Source: Myxococcota bacterium (lineage in GTDB: Bacteria; Myxococcota_A; Polyangia; Polyangiales; Sandaracinaceae). Taken from it: DNA of 64,000 nucleotides. The stretch is taken from positions 32,001 through 96,000 of the forward strand of contig JAYZQJ010000133.1 of the NCBI GenBank assembly GCA_036149055.1, read 5' to 3'. Of the stretch, positions 10,422 through 20,036 are shown piece by piece. The first letter of the stretch is position 1, and each line of letters starts with the position of its first letter. Under the pieces are notes generated by a model. It did not search any database. It saw only the letters and a program-made list of their open reading frames with translations, and was not told the origin of the DNA. The position numbers and the translations under genes were made by a program.

Positions 10422-11776
10422 GCCTGCTCGACCGGCTCGCGCGCGACCTGCCGCCGGAGGCGCTCGTCACCGACGCGGACGTGATGGCGCAGTACGCCCG
10501 CGATCAGGCCGGCCCCTGCCCCGCCGGCGCCCCGGCCGCGGTGGTGATCCCGCGCTCGGTCGAGCACGTCGCCCTGACCCTCCGGCTCGCGAGCGAGACC
10601 CGCACGCCGGTCGTGCCCCGGGGCGCGGGCACCGGGCTGAGCGGGGGCGCCAACGCGATCGACGGCTGCGTCGTGCTGAGCCTGCACGCCCTCGACCGGG
10701 TGCTCTCGATCGACCCCGCGACCCGCCTGGCCACCGTCGAGCCCGGGGTGCTGAACGCCACCCTCGACGCGCGCGCCCGCGAGCACGGCCTGATGTACGC
10801 GCCCGACCCGGCGAGCCGCGAGATCTCGACGGTGGGCGGCAACGTGGCCACCAACGCCGGCGGCGCGTGCTGCCTGAAGTACGGCGTCACCGGAGATCAC
10901 ATCGCCCGGCTGCGCGCGGTGCTCGCCGACGGCACCGAGATCCAGACCGGCAGCGCGACGGTGAAGAACGTGGCCGGGCTCGATCTGCAGCGGCTGCTGA
11001 TCGGCTCGGAGGGCACGCTGGCGGTGGTGGTCGAGATCACCGCCCGGCTCCTCCCGGCGCGCCCGGCCTGCGGGACCCTGGTGGCCTTCTTCCCCTCGCT
11101 GCAGGCGGCGGGCGAGGCGATCGTCGCGCTCGAGCGGCCGCGCGCGCTCTCCAAGCTCGAGGTCATGGACCGGACGACGGTGCGCGCGGTCGAGGACCTG
11201 ACCCGCATGGAGCTCGACACCGACGCGGCGGCGATGATCCTCGCCCAGGCCGACACCGCGGACGCGGCCGCGCTCATGGAGCAGGCCGAGCGCCTCTGCG
11301 TCGAGCGCGGCGCCACCCTCGCGATGACCACGCTCGACGAGGCGGAGGGCAAGATGCTCATGGCGGCCCGGAGCGCGGCGCTGCCCGCCCTCGAGAAGAA
11401 GGGCCACTGCCTGCTCGACGACGTCGCGGTCCCCGTGCCTCGCGTCCCCGCGCTGCTCGCCCTCTGCGCGGAGGCGGCGGAGCGTCGCGGGGTGACGGTG
11501 GGGACCTTCGGCCACGCGGGCGACGGCAACCTCCACCCCACCCTCGTCTACGACGCGCGCGACCCGGCGGAGAGCCAGGCCGCGCTCGAGGCCTTCGACG
11601 ACATCCTCCGCGGCGCGCTCGAGCTCGGGGGCACCGTCACCGGTGAGCACGGCGTCGGCACCCTCAAGCGAGATTACGTCGAGCGCATGGTCGGGAAGCG
11701 GGAGCGGACCCTGATGCACGGCATCAAGCAGGTCTTCGATCCCCTCGGCATCCTCAACCCCGGCAAGGCCTACTGA
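10418..11776 (+). CDS. FAD-linked oxidase, GlcD/D-2-hydroxyacid dehydrogenase family
   Basis: PRGAGTGLSGG, PDPAS, GGNVATNAGG, GSEGTL, GHAGDGNLHP, GEHGVG, LNPGK; ATGA overlap with the regulator. Confidence 0.9.
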   Translation: MSLLDRLARDLPPEALVTDADVMAQYARDQAGPCPAGAPAAVVIPRSVEHVALTLRLASETRTPVVPRGAGTGLSGGANAIDGCVVLSLHALDRVLSIDPATRLATVEPGVLNATLDARAREHGLMYAPDPASREISTVGGNVATNAGGACCLKYGVTGDHIARLRAVLADGTEIQTGSATVKNVAGLDLQRLLIGSEGTLAVVVEITARLLPARPACGTLVAFFPSLQAAGEAIVALERPRALSKLEVMDRTTVRAVEDLTRMELDTDAAAMILAQADTADAAALMEQAERLCVERGATLAMTTLDEAEGKMLMAARSAALPALEKKGHCLLDDVAVPVPRVPALLALCAEAAERRGVTVGTFGHAGDGNLHPTLVYDARDPAESQAALEAFDDILRGALELGGTVTGEHGVGTLKRDYVERMVGKRERTLMHGIKQVFDPLGILNPGKAY

Positions 11777-11780
11777 CCGC

Positions 11781-13130
11781 TCAGAAGGCCTTCGGGGCCG
11801 CGTCGAGCTCGGCGTCGGCGGCGCTCGGGAGCTCGGTGTCGGCCGGGCTGACCGCCGCCTTCTTCTGCCCCCACTTCGTGCGGCCGGTGATCTGCATCAT
11901 CACGAAGAGCGTGAGGATGGCGCCGATGGTGATGGCGAGGCCGGTGAAGCCCTCCCACATGAAGGTGTAGGAGAAGAGCACCAGGTAGAGGAGCTGGCTG
12001 ATGCCGATGTGCTGCAGCGCGAAGCGCCAGCCGGTGAACAGCCGCGCGTAGGTCGTGACGAGCAGGACCGAGACGCCGGCGCTGATCGCGAACGAGGCGC
12101 CGATCTCGAGGTGATCCACCAGGTAGGCGAAGAGCAGGTGGAACGCGAAGAAGCTCGTGCCGAGGAAGAAGTAGTGCATCGGGTGCAGGTCCTTCTTGCG
12201 GTCCATCGCGAGGATGCCGACCACGAAGAAGAAGAACAGCAGGCCCACCGGCGCGAAGAAGGTGATGCGCGCCGCGAGCGGGCCGGGGTTCACCCGCACC
12301 GGCATCTCGACCCCGATCGGGCGGTTGGCGATCAGGCTCTCGAAGTCCCAGACGCCGCGCCAGCCGTCGCCGCGCTGGCCGTGCTCGGTCGGGCTGAGCG
12401 TGTCCTCGGGGAAGTCGACCTCGCCGAAGTCGGTGGTGATCGCGAGCCGGAAGTTGCGGACCCGCGAGGTGCCGGCGGCCATGCGGTAGCGCCAGGTCTC
12501 GGTGCCGCGGCTCCGGTAGGTCACCCGGAAGGTGCGCGCCTCGCCGGGCGCCATCTCCGTGGTCCAGGCGGCGTGCTCCCCTTCGATGGCGAAGTCGACG
12601 CTGCGCCCCTCCTCGTCCTCGACGTCGAAGGCGTCGTAGGTCGCGTTGGGGGCGCCGACCGGCGCGTAGCTGCGGCTCGAGTCCCAGCCCTGCTCGGCCG
12701 CGCGGGCGGAGAGCGGGAACACCAGCTGGATCTCCCGCGCGACGTCGGTGTCGTTGCGGAAGGTGTACCGGCCGTCGAGCGAGACGGTGTAGGTCGGGTA
12801 CCAGGAGAGCCCGCGCCGCCGGTGCTCGAGGTCGAGGTCCACCTCGACGTCGGTGCGGGTCAGCTCGATCGCGACCTCGCGCGTGGTCGTCGTCGGCGGC
12901 TGCGGGTTGCCGCTCGGGTCGTAGGTCACGGTGCCCGGCGTGGACGGCTCGGGCTCGCGGAAGAAGGCCCGCGGCTGCCCCTGCTCCGCCGGCGGCCCCC
13001 AGAGCTGATGCACGTCCCCCTGCCCGCTGATGCCCGAGTCGTCCGAGCGGACGAGCAGGGTCGAGCCGAGGATCACCCACGCGAAGCTGCAGCCGATCCA
13101 GACGGTGGCGATGCCGAACAGTCTCTTCAT
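11781..13130 (-). CDS. CreD-like inner membrane protein
   Basis: N-terminal TM, periplasmic domain, C-terminal multi-TM with LHPMHYFFLG, FHLLFAYL, VMMQITGRTKW. Confidence 0.7.
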   Translation of the reverse strand: MKRLFGIATVWIGCSFAWVILGSTLLVRSDDSGISGQGDVHQLWGPPAEQGQPRAFFREPEPSTPGTVTYDPSGNPQPPTTTTREVAIELTRTDVEVDLDLEHRRRGLSWYPTYTVSLDGRYTFRNDTDVAREIQLVFPLSARAAEQGWDSSRSYAPVGAPNATYDAFDVEDEEGRSVDFAIEGEHAAWTTEMAPGEARTFRVTYRSRGTETWRYRMAAGTSRVRNFRLAITTDFGEVDFPEDTLSPTEHGQRGDGWRGVWDFESLIANRPIGVEMPVRVNPGPLAARITFFAPVGLLFFFFVVGILAMDRKKDLHPMHYFFLGTSFFAFHLLFAYLVDHLEIGASFAISAGVSVLLVTTYARLFTGWRFALQHIGISQLLYLVLFSYTFMWEGFTGLAITIGAILTLFVMMQITGRTKWGQKKAAVSPADTELPSAADAELDAAPKAF

Positions 13131-13210
13131 CTCTCTTTGCCTCCCGACCCATGGATACGCTCGGGGTGGCGCGACGCTCCGTCGGCGGCGAGGAGAGAAG
13201 GAGGACCAAT

Positions 13211-13250
13211 TGTGGCGAAGTTATGGCGGCGGCGAAGATGTGGCGGCGGC
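13211..13250. promoter_or_regulatory. Direct-repeat array upstream of creD-like gene
   Basis: TGTGGCG/TATGGCG at 11-bp spacing; GGCGAAG(TTA/ATG)TGGCGGCGGC duplicated. Confidence 0.3.
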
Positions 13251-13546
13251 TACTCGATGATCACCACGCCGCCCGCCTCGCGGACCCGGAACACGGGGTT
13301 CGACTCGCCGCGGCCGACCTCCGTCAGCACCTCTCCGGTGCGCACGTCGAGGCGCCAGCCGTGCCCCGCGCAGACCACCACGTGGCCCTCCATGCGCCCC
13401 TCGCAGAGGCTCTGACCGCTGTGCGGGCAGGCGTCCTCGATCGCGTAGACCCGGCCGTCGACCCGCACCGCGAGCACGTCGTAGGGCGGCCTCGGGCAGC
13501 GCACCGGCGCGCCGTCGACCAGCGCGTCGGACGGGAGCCGGATCAA
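13250..13546 (-). CDS. Rieske [2Fe-2S] ferredoxin
   Basis: CPH...CAGHGW Rieske motifs; TTG start overlapping the LON gene stop (TTGA). Confidence 0.85.
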   Translation of the reverse strand: MIRLPSDALVDGAPVRCPRPPYDVLAVRVDGRVYAIEDACPHSGQSLCEGRMEGHVVVCAGHGWRLDVRTGEVLTEVGRGESNPVFRVREAGGVVIIE

Positions 13547-14229
13547 TGCAGCTCGCCGCCGTGCCCGGAGCTTCGCAGCTGCGCGAGCAGATCGACGAGC
13601 GCGTCGTGCACCCGGGCGAGCCGCACCTTCACGTCCACCGCCTCGAGGAGCTGCTGGCGCGCCTCGGGCTCCGAGACCAGACGGTCGGCGATGCGGTCGG
13701 CGAGCACGCCCGGCGGCGTCTGCGCGTCCACCCCGAGGTGGAAGTCCGGGTAGCGCTCCCGGACCAGCGCGACCACCGAGGCCGCCGTGGCCAGCACCGG
13801 CGTGGTCACCTTGTGGATCGCCTCGGGGTGCGTCTCGCGATCGTCGAGGCGCGTCGCCTTGGCGCGGCGGTAGGAGAGGCCGCCCTCGGGCAGCTCCTCG
13901 AGCTTCACGCGGGAGAGCCCGTGGAGCAGGAGATCGAAGCGGCCGTCCTCGCGGCGTCGCCAGTCGAGGATGCGGCCGGCGCCCGCGATCTCGTGGATCT
14001 CGGGGCGGCCCTCGTAGTCGGCCTCCCAGTCGCCGCGCAGCAGCGTCACCGCCATCGCCATCGGGCCCTTGGAGACGCAGTCCTCCATCATGTCGCGGTA
14101 GCGCTCCTCGAAGAGGTGGAGCGGCAACGTGGACCCGGGGAAGAACACCACGCGCGGCAGCGGGAACACCGGCAGGTTGGAGAGCTCTTCGTCGGTCAGG
14201 GGCTCCGTCTCTTCGGGGAGCTCGATCAT
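13543..14229 (-). CDS. LON peptidase substrate-binding domain protein (no protease domain)
   Basis: LPVFPLPRVVFFPGSTLPLHLFEERYRDM, DGRFDLLLHGLSR, RQQLLE. Confidence 0.9.
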   Translation of the reverse strand: MIELPEETEPLTDEELSNLPVFPLPRVVFFPGSTLPLHLFEERYRDMMEDCVSKGPMAMAVTLLRGDWEADYEGRPEIHEIAGAGRILDWRRREDGRFDLLLHGLSRVKLEELPEGGLSYRRAKATRLDDRETHPEAIHKVTTPVLATAASVVALVRERYPDFHLGVDAQTPPGVLADRIADRLVSEPEARQQLLEAVDVKVRLARVHDALVDLLAQLRSSGHGGELH

Positions 14230-14813
14230 GGTTCGCCTCGGCCGGTGATTTGAATGGCGCTGAGCAGCTGTTGTTGGAGCGACGGGTCTTCACTCATGGA
14301 GCCCGCGAACGCAAGCGTCGTGGCCCGGGAAGCGTGACGCCGGTCCCCCCGCGCCGTCATGCACGTGGGAGCTAGGTCCACGACCGCGCCAGCGCCACGC
14401 GCGCCGAGGTGGGTGACGAGCGCCTCGGCGATGTCGCGCCCGAGATCCTCCTGCAAGCGGAGGCGACGCGCGAAGCAGTCGACGAGCCGGCCGAGGGCGC
14501 CGAAGCCGACCACCCGCTCGCCGGGAAAGTAACCCACGTGCACCACGCCGGCGGCGGGCATCAGGTGGTGCGGGCACATCGTGGCCGTCGCGAGATCGGT
14601 GACCACCACCAGCCCCGGCGCGTTCGACGCGGTCGCGTCGGCGAGGATCTCGGCCGGATCGTCCGCGTAGCCGGAGAGGAGGTCCTCGGCCCAGGCCTCG
14701 GCGACGCGCCGGCCGGTGCCCTCGAGCTCGGGGTCTCGTCCGACCGGAGCGCCCACGGCGCGCAGAAAGGCTTCGATCGCGCGCGCGGCGCCGTCGAGGT
14801 CGGGATCCGGCAT
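14226..14813 (-). CDS. folE: GTP cyclohydrolase I-like protein (divergent)
   Basis: TGRRVA, MCPHHLMP, RRLRLQE, CMTARG; several canonical residues altered (see findings). Confidence 0.75.
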   Translation of the reverse strand: MPDPDLDGAARAIEAFLRAVGAPVGRDPELEGTGRRVAEAWAEDLLSGYADDPAEILADATASNAPGLVVVTDLATATMCPHHLMPAAGVVHVGYFPGERVVGFGALGRLVDCFARRLRLQEDLGRDIAEALVTHLGARGAGAVVDLAPTCMTARGDRRHASRATTLAFAGSMSEDPSLQQQLLSAIQITGRGEP

Positions 14814-14823
14814 GACGCCCGGT

Positions 14824-15375
14824 CTACTTGCAGTCCCGGCCCCAGAGCAACCGCATCGCCCGGGGCAGATCGCTGCGCTCCATGACGTCGCAGTCGAAGC
14901 AGCTCTCGGGGAAGCTCTTGGACTCGCAGCCCTGGCACTCCTGGATGATCGCGACGGTCTGCGCCAGCTCCTCGCGGAGGCGGCGGAGGCACGCGATCTT
15001 GCGCTGCATCTCCTCGATCTGGCCCTCGAGGACCTCCTGCATCGCCTGGCTCGCGCCCTCCGGCGACGGGTGCTCCTTCTTCAGCTCGAAGAGGGCCCGG
15101 ATGTCGTTGAGCGAGAGGCCGGCCTCGCGCAGATCCATGATGAGCTGCAGCTTGGCGAGGTTGTCCTTGCCGAAGAGGCGGTGGCCTCCCTCGGTGCGGG
15201 TCTCCGGACAGAGGACGCCGGCCTCTTCGTAGAAGCGGACCGTGCGCACCGTGGTGTCGCAGGCCCGGGCCAGGTCCCCCGTCGTGAGGGGCCTCAGCCG
15301 GTCGCACGGGACCTCGGGCTCGTCCGACGCGGGGTCGGCGGCGCTCGGGTCGGGGTGTGTGCTCTCGGCGGCCAT
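14824..15375 (-). CDS. MerR family regulator with C-terminal 4-Cys cluster
   Basis: TTGDLARACDTTVRTVRFYEEAGVL, RTEGGHRLF, coiled coil, CQGC-x8-CFDC. Confidence 0.9.
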   Translation of the reverse strand: MAAESTHPDPSAADPASDEPEVPCDRLRPLTTGDLARACDTTVRTVRFYEEAGVLCPETRTEGGHRLFGKDNLAKLQLIMDLREAGLSLNDIRALFELKKEHPSPEGASQAMQEVLEGQIEEMQRKIACLRRLREELAQTVAIIQECQGCESKSFPESCFDCDVMERSDLPRAMRLLWGRDCK

Positions 15376-15425
15376 ACGTGTTTTCTGCTTTGTTTTCGCT
15401 CGATTTCGGGGCGAAGCCCTCGATC

Positions 15426-15455
15426 GATATAGGTATCTGACCGGCGCAGTGTCAA
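15426..15455 (-). promoter_or_regulatory. Candidate promoter for the merR-folE-lon-Rieske operon
   Basis: Perfect TTGACA on the minus strand, 18 nt to TATATC (imperfect -10), in an AT-richer gap. Confidence 0.35.
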
Positions 15456-15617
15456 CTGGGGCGAGGAGGACGTCCGTGAGGAAATCAACCTCGACGGAAC
15501 TTTGTGGCCGGCAGGAGGAAACCGCCAGGGGCCTCCGACGATGAGGCGGTCAAACCCCCAACGGGGTCGTCCTTGCGGCCCCGGAGTCACGTTGCGTATT
15601 CTCCGCGGAGGTCTTCC

Positions 15618-15995
15618 ATGAGCACCCCCATCAAGCCCCCCGGTGGCTCCCCCGACGGGATCCCCGAGCCGGCTGACACCCCCGAAGGCAGCCAGGTCGA
15701 AGGCGGCGAGCTCCGAGGCATGGTCGAGCGCGCCGGCGCCGATCGGGCCGAGGGCTCGGCCGGCAGCGAGGCGGCGTCGCCGCTCGACGCCGTCCGCGCC
15801 GACGTCGAGGCCGGGCGCATCGACGCCGATCAGGCGATCGAGCGTCTCGTGCAGCGGGCCCTGGCCGGCGCCTCCGGGCTGTCCCCGTCCCAGCGCGACG
15901 CCCTCGAGGCGCAGCTCCGGGACGCGCTCACGGAAGATCCGACCCTGGTCGCCCTGCGGAAGGATCTCGAGCGTGCTTCTTCGGCGAAGCCTTAG
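15618..15995 (+). CDS. Hypothetical protein
   Basis: GGAGG RBS, MSTPIKPPGG start, helical C-terminus; overlaps the next gene. Confidence 0.65.
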   Translation: MSTPIKPPGGSPDGIPEPADTPEGSQVEGGELRGMVERAGADRAEGSAGSEAASPLDAVRADVEAGRIDADQAIERLVQRALAGASGLSPSQRDALEAQLRDALTEDPTLVALRKDLERASSAKP

Positions 15996-17277
15996 CTTCA
16001 TCACCCTCGCCCTCGCGCTCGCGCTCGCCGCGGGCGCGTCGGCGCAAGAGACGCCCCGCGTCTACATCGTCTCGGTGCCCATGGAGGCGGGCCTCGACGC
16101 GGAGGCCACCCGCGCCGGGGCCGCCGCCCGGGCCGCGCTCCGGGGCATCGAAGGCGTCGACTGGCGCAGCCCCGATCAGCGCTTCCTCGGCTACGACGAC
16201 GCGGCGCTGGGCATCCTCGACCGGGCGCGCGAGCAGCTCGACGCGGGGCGCCAGGCGTACCTGCAGCTCGAGCTCGACGGCGCCATCGAGCAGCTCCGGG
16301 GCGCGGTCGAGAACTTCGACGCCGCCGCGGTGGCGCTCGAGGATCCGAACGACCTCGGTCAGGCGCTCCTCTTCCTCGGCGCCAGCCACGCGTTCAACGG
16401 CCAGACCCGCGACGCGATCAACGTCTTCCGGCGCCTGCACACGCAGATGCCGTTCATCCAGCCCGACCCCGACACCTTCCCGCCGGACGTGGTGCAGCTC
16501 TACGAGCGCGCCCGGCCGCGCGACGCGAGCAACCCGCAGGGCATCGTCTCGATCGACTCGAACCCGCAGGGCGCGATCGCCTACGTGGACTTCCTCGCCC
16601 GCGGCCGGACCCCGATCAACGTCGACGACCTCATCGGCGGCGACCACGTCATCCGCGTGACCCGACCGGGCGCGACGCCCTTCGTCGAGAGCCTCGGGGT
16701 GCGCCGCCGTCGCGCGTCGACCTCGAACGCGTACCTCGTCGACACCCCCGGCCTCGAGGGCCTCGCCGACGCGATCGACGACATCCCCGAGGCGGACATC
16801 GAGACCCTCGACGAGGTGAACCCGATCGCCCGCGTCGCCGAGATGCTGCAGGTCGACAAGATCGGCGTCATCCGCGTCTCGAGCGGCGGCGACGGTCAGG
16901 TCTCGATGGAGCTGCTCCTCTTCGACACCGAGACCGGCCGCCGGCTGGTCCGCGGGCAGGGCAGCGCGCCCACCGCGGTCGGGGAGCTCGAGTCCAGCGT
17001 GCAGCGCGCGGTCAGCGGCGCCTTCGAGGCGGCCCTCCGCCCGTCGCAGGCGACCGACGAGGAGGAGATCCCCGCGTTCACCGACGAGGAGACGCCCTTC
17101 GACCAGCAGGAGGAGCCGAGCGGGCCCCCCGAGCCGCTCATCGAGCAGTGGTGGTTCTGGACGATCATCGGCGTGGTGGTCGCCGGCGGCATCGCGGCGG
17201 GCATCGCCGGCGGGGTCGCCGCTCAGGGTCCTCCGCTCGGGCAGGACCCGGGCGGACAGGTCGTCTTCACGTTCTGA
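15973..17277 (+). CDS. PEGA domain-containing protein
   Basis: Signal peptide, TPR-like helices, IDSNPQGAIAYVD...GRTP PEGA, EQWWFW + TM; GTG start inferred. Confidence 0.8.
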   Translation: MLLRRSLSFITLALALALAAGASAQETPRVYIVSVPMEAGLDAEATRAGAAARAALRGIEGVDWRSPDQRFLGYDDAALGILDRAREQLDAGRQAYLQLELDGAIEQLRGAVENFDAAAVALEDPNDLGQALLFLGASHAFNGQTRDAINVFRRLHTQMPFIQPDPDTFPPDVVQLYERARPRDASNPQGIVSIDSNPQGAIAYVDFLARGRTPINVDDLIGGDHVIRVTRPGATPFVESLGVRRRRASTSNAYLVDTPGLEGLADAIDDIPEADIETLDEVNPIARVAEMLQVDKIGVIRVSSGGDGQVSMELLLFDTETGRRLVRGQGSAPTAVGELESSVQRAVSGAFEAALRPSQATDEEEIPAFTDEETPFDQQEEPSGPPEPLIEQWWFWTIIGVVVAGGIAAGIAGGVAAQGPPLGQDPGGQVVFTF

Positions 17278-17281
17278 TCCG

Positions 17282-18529
17282 ATGCGCCTCTCCATCACCC
17301 TCGCGGTCGCCCTCGGCCTCGTCGTCTCCGCTCGCGTGGCCTCCGCCCAGGAGGTCACGGCGAGCGCCGTCATGCTGCGTGAGGCCGGCGCGACGCCCGG
17401 CCAGGACGCGGTGGTCTCCACCGGCCTCCGGCGCGGGCTGCGCGACGTGGAGGGCGTCCGCTTCGTGCACCCGGTCGACGTGCTCAGCACCCCGGAGTTC
17501 TCGCCGGACGTGCAGGACGCGATCGACGAGCTCGAGCCCATCGCCGACATGGTGCGCACCGGCGACGCCCGGTACGCCTACCGGCGGGCGGACGAGATCG
17601 CCGAGCTCTTCGAGCAGAACCTCGAGCGCGTGCGCCGCACCCAGCTCGTCGACGCCTACCTGCTCGCCGCCATCGGGCGCTGTCAGGCCGGGCAGCGCCG
17701 GGACTGCGAGGCGCGGCTGCGGGACGTGATCGCCTTCCGCGAGGGCCTCGTCTACGACCCCGACCGCTACGGGCCCGAGACCCAGGAGATCTTCGAGCGC
17801 GTGAAGGTCCGCGCGCTCTCCGGCGGGCGCGGCACGCTGGTCGTCGAGACCGACCCGCCGGGCGCCGAGATCTACGTCGACGGACGGAGCTACGGCCCCT
17901 CACCCGCGCGGGTCGACGGCCTGCTCGCCGGCGGCCACTACGTGACGATCAAGGAGATCGGCCACCTCGAGCGCGTGGTCCGCGCGGAGGTGCGCGCCGG
18001 CCGCGAGAACGTCGAGACCTACGAGCTGACGCCCAACCCGCGCGCGCGCCTCATCGTGAGCGAGGAGGCGCAGGAGCGCATCCGCGGCCAGCTGGGCGAG
18101 ACCCGCGCCGGCCCCGCGATCCGCAGCCTCGGCAACACCCTCGGCACCGCGCAGGTGATCGTCGGCGTGCTGCGGCCCGCGGCGGGCGAGCAAGTCCACG
18201 TGCAGCTCTACCTCTACCACGTGCACACCCGGCTGCTTCAAGGTCAGCTCGAGGCGACCGTCAGCGTCGACGAGGCGGGCATGGAGCGCATGCGCCAGCT
18301 GACGGCCGAGCTCTACGACGGCGTCGACCTCGGCGGCGGCATCGCGGCGCCCGAGGACGACACCGAGATCGCCGGGCCCCAGCCCGAGATCTGGGAGCAG
18401 TGGTGGTTCTGGACGGCGGCGGGCGGCGGCCTGGTGGCCATCATCGCCGGCATCGCCATCGGCGTGCACTTCGCGGGGCAGGAGAACATCCCCCCGGGGT
18501 TCCTCCGCGCCTCCGGCACCCTGCCGTGA
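17282..18529 (+). CDS. PEGA domain-containing protein (paralog of upstream gene)
   Basis: Signal peptide, VETDPPGAEIYVDG, EQWWFW + TM. Confidence 0.8.
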   Translation: MRLSITLAVALGLVVSARVASAQEVTASAVMLREAGATPGQDAVVSTGLRRGLRDVEGVRFVHPVDVLSTPEFSPDVQDAIDELEPIADMVRTGDARYAYRRADEIAELFEQNLERVRRTQLVDAYLLAAIGRCQAGQRRDCEARLRDVIAFREGLVYDPDRYGPETQEIFERVKVRALSGGRGTLVVETDPPGAEIYVDGRSYGPSPARVDGLLAGGHYVTIKEIGHLERVVRAEVRAGRENVETYELTPNPRARLIVSEEAQERIRGQLGETRAGPAIRSLGNTLGTAQVIVGVLRPAAGEQVHVQLYLYHVHTRLLQGQLEATVSVDEAGMERMRQLTAELYDGVDLGGGIAAPEDDTEIAGPQPEIWEQWWFWTAAGGGLVAIIAGIAIGVHFAGQENIPPGFLRASGTLP

Positions 18530-19695
18530 TCGCGCGAGGGGGAGCCTCGCTGACCCTGGTGGTGCTCGCGCTGATGGGGTGCGAGAACCCGCCGCCGCCG
18601 CGCGTCGAGCACTTCGAGGACGACGAGCTCGAGGCCGAGGTGATCGAGGAGTCGGAGGAGGACGCCCCGACCGAGCCGCCGCCCGCGCTCGGCCCCGCCG
18701 ACTTCGAGGCGCGCTCCCGCGACGCCCGCGACCGGACGCCGCCGCCGATCACCCCGGCGGCGCACGGGGACGCGGAGTTCGACGGCGAGGAGCCGGTGAT
18801 CGCGCGCCGCTACGTCTACCGCGTCCGCATGGTCGTGCCGGCCGGGGTCGGCGAGAGCGACGTGACGATGATCCCGCCCGCCGCCGAGCTCTTCGTCGAC
18901 GTGGCCCACGAGCGCCTGAGGGCGCGCTTCGCCGGGCGCGGCTGGCCGGTGCCCGCCGGCTCGGAGGTCCGGCTCCGTCGCGACCGCCCGGGGGTCTACG
19001 TCTTCGACGGACGCGGCGGGCGCCCGCTCGAGCCGGGCGGGCTCGCGAGCTGGTTCGAGGGCGGACGGGTGAGCCGCCGCGGCCCGCCGCTCCGCGTGTT
19101 CCCGCACTGGGGCTTCTCGCGGCGGCAGCCCGAGCCGGACGACGAGGAGGCCCCGGGCGAGCTGATGTGCGCGCTCCTCGCCGAGCTGGCCGGCGAGCCG
19201 CGGGAGAACGTCATGCGGCGCTGCGAGCGAGGCGCGCCGCATCTCTGGCGCATGGGCTTCTGGCGGGCCGAGCAGACCGCGGGCGTGCCCCTCGAGCTGC
19301 CGCGGAGCGCGATGCGGGCCGACGAGCGCGAGCCGCCGCGCCCGATCGCCGAGGCCTCCAGCCGCGCCTTCCTCGAGCCCGAGGCGCTGTCCCGGCTGCC
19401 CGCGCGCGCCGCGACCGACGAGCCGGCGGAGGGCGCGCCGGCCGAGGGGCTGCGGGTCCGCAACGACTCGGCCACCCGGGTCCTGGTCGCGGTGGGCGGC
19501 GTGCTCGCGGGGTTCGTCGACGCCGGGTCCGAGGGCTGGTTCGTGGGCCTCGCCCCGGGCGAGCACGAGGTCGGCGCGCTCCGCCCCCTGGGCGCGGTGG
19601 TGCAGCGGAGCCGGCCGGTGCGGGTGCCGGGCGTGCACCGGGTCTGCGACGGACGCTGCAGCCGCCGCCCTCCCCCGGAGGAGACGCCCGAGTGA
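18526..19695 (+). CDS. Hypothetical lipoprotein
   Basis: LALMGC lipobox, acidic/Pro linker; GTGA overlap with the preceding gene. Confidence 0.65.
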   Translation: MIARGGASLTLVVLALMGCENPPPPRVEHFEDDELEAEVIEESEEDAPTEPPPALGPADFEARSRDARDRTPPPITPAAHGDAEFDGEEPVIARRYVYRVRMVVPAGVGESDVTMIPPAAELFVDVAHERLRARFAGRGWPVPAGSEVRLRRDRPGVYVFDGRGGRPLEPGGLASWFEGGRVSRRGPPLRVFPHWGFSRRQPEPDDEEAPGELMCALLAELAGEPRENVMRRCERGAPHLWRMGFWRAEQTAGVPLELPRSAMRADEREPPRPIAEASSRAFLEPEALSRLPARAATDEPAEGAPAEGLRVRNDSATRVLVAVGGVLAGFVDAGSEGWFVGLAPGEHEVGALRPLGAVVQRSRPVRVPGVHRVCDGRCSRRPPPEETPE

Positions 19696-19735
19696 CGGCC
19701 TTGCGTTTCCGCCGCCGCTGCGGTGTGCTGCGCCG

Positions 19736-20014
19736 GTGACGCGAGAGGACGAAGCCATCACCCAGCCCGATCTCGTGCTGGGCGAAGAGGAGCGCCTCCA
19801 GGCCCTCGACCTCTGGCTCGAGCACATCGAGATCCCGGCGATCCTGATCCCGCTGCTCGAAGGCGTGGTGCTCGGCCATCACCACGGTGACCTCGCGGCC
19901 TACCTCGGGGCCGAGCTCCAGGAGCTGCCGCTCTGGGAGCGCTGCTTCGCCCGCTGGGCCGAGCAGACGGTCTACCAGGCGGCGGCGGACATTCTCGACG
20001 CTGCCCGGCGGTGA
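19736..20014 (+). CDS. Small hypothetical protein
   Basis: Coding-like codon usage; no clear motif. Confidence 0.5.
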   Translation: MTREDEAITQPDLVLGEEERLQALDLWLEHIEIPAILIPLLEGVVLGHHHGDLAAYLGAELQELPLWERCFARWAEQTVYQAAADILDAARR

Positions 20015-20036
20015 TCGATGTGGGCCGAGTGTCCGC

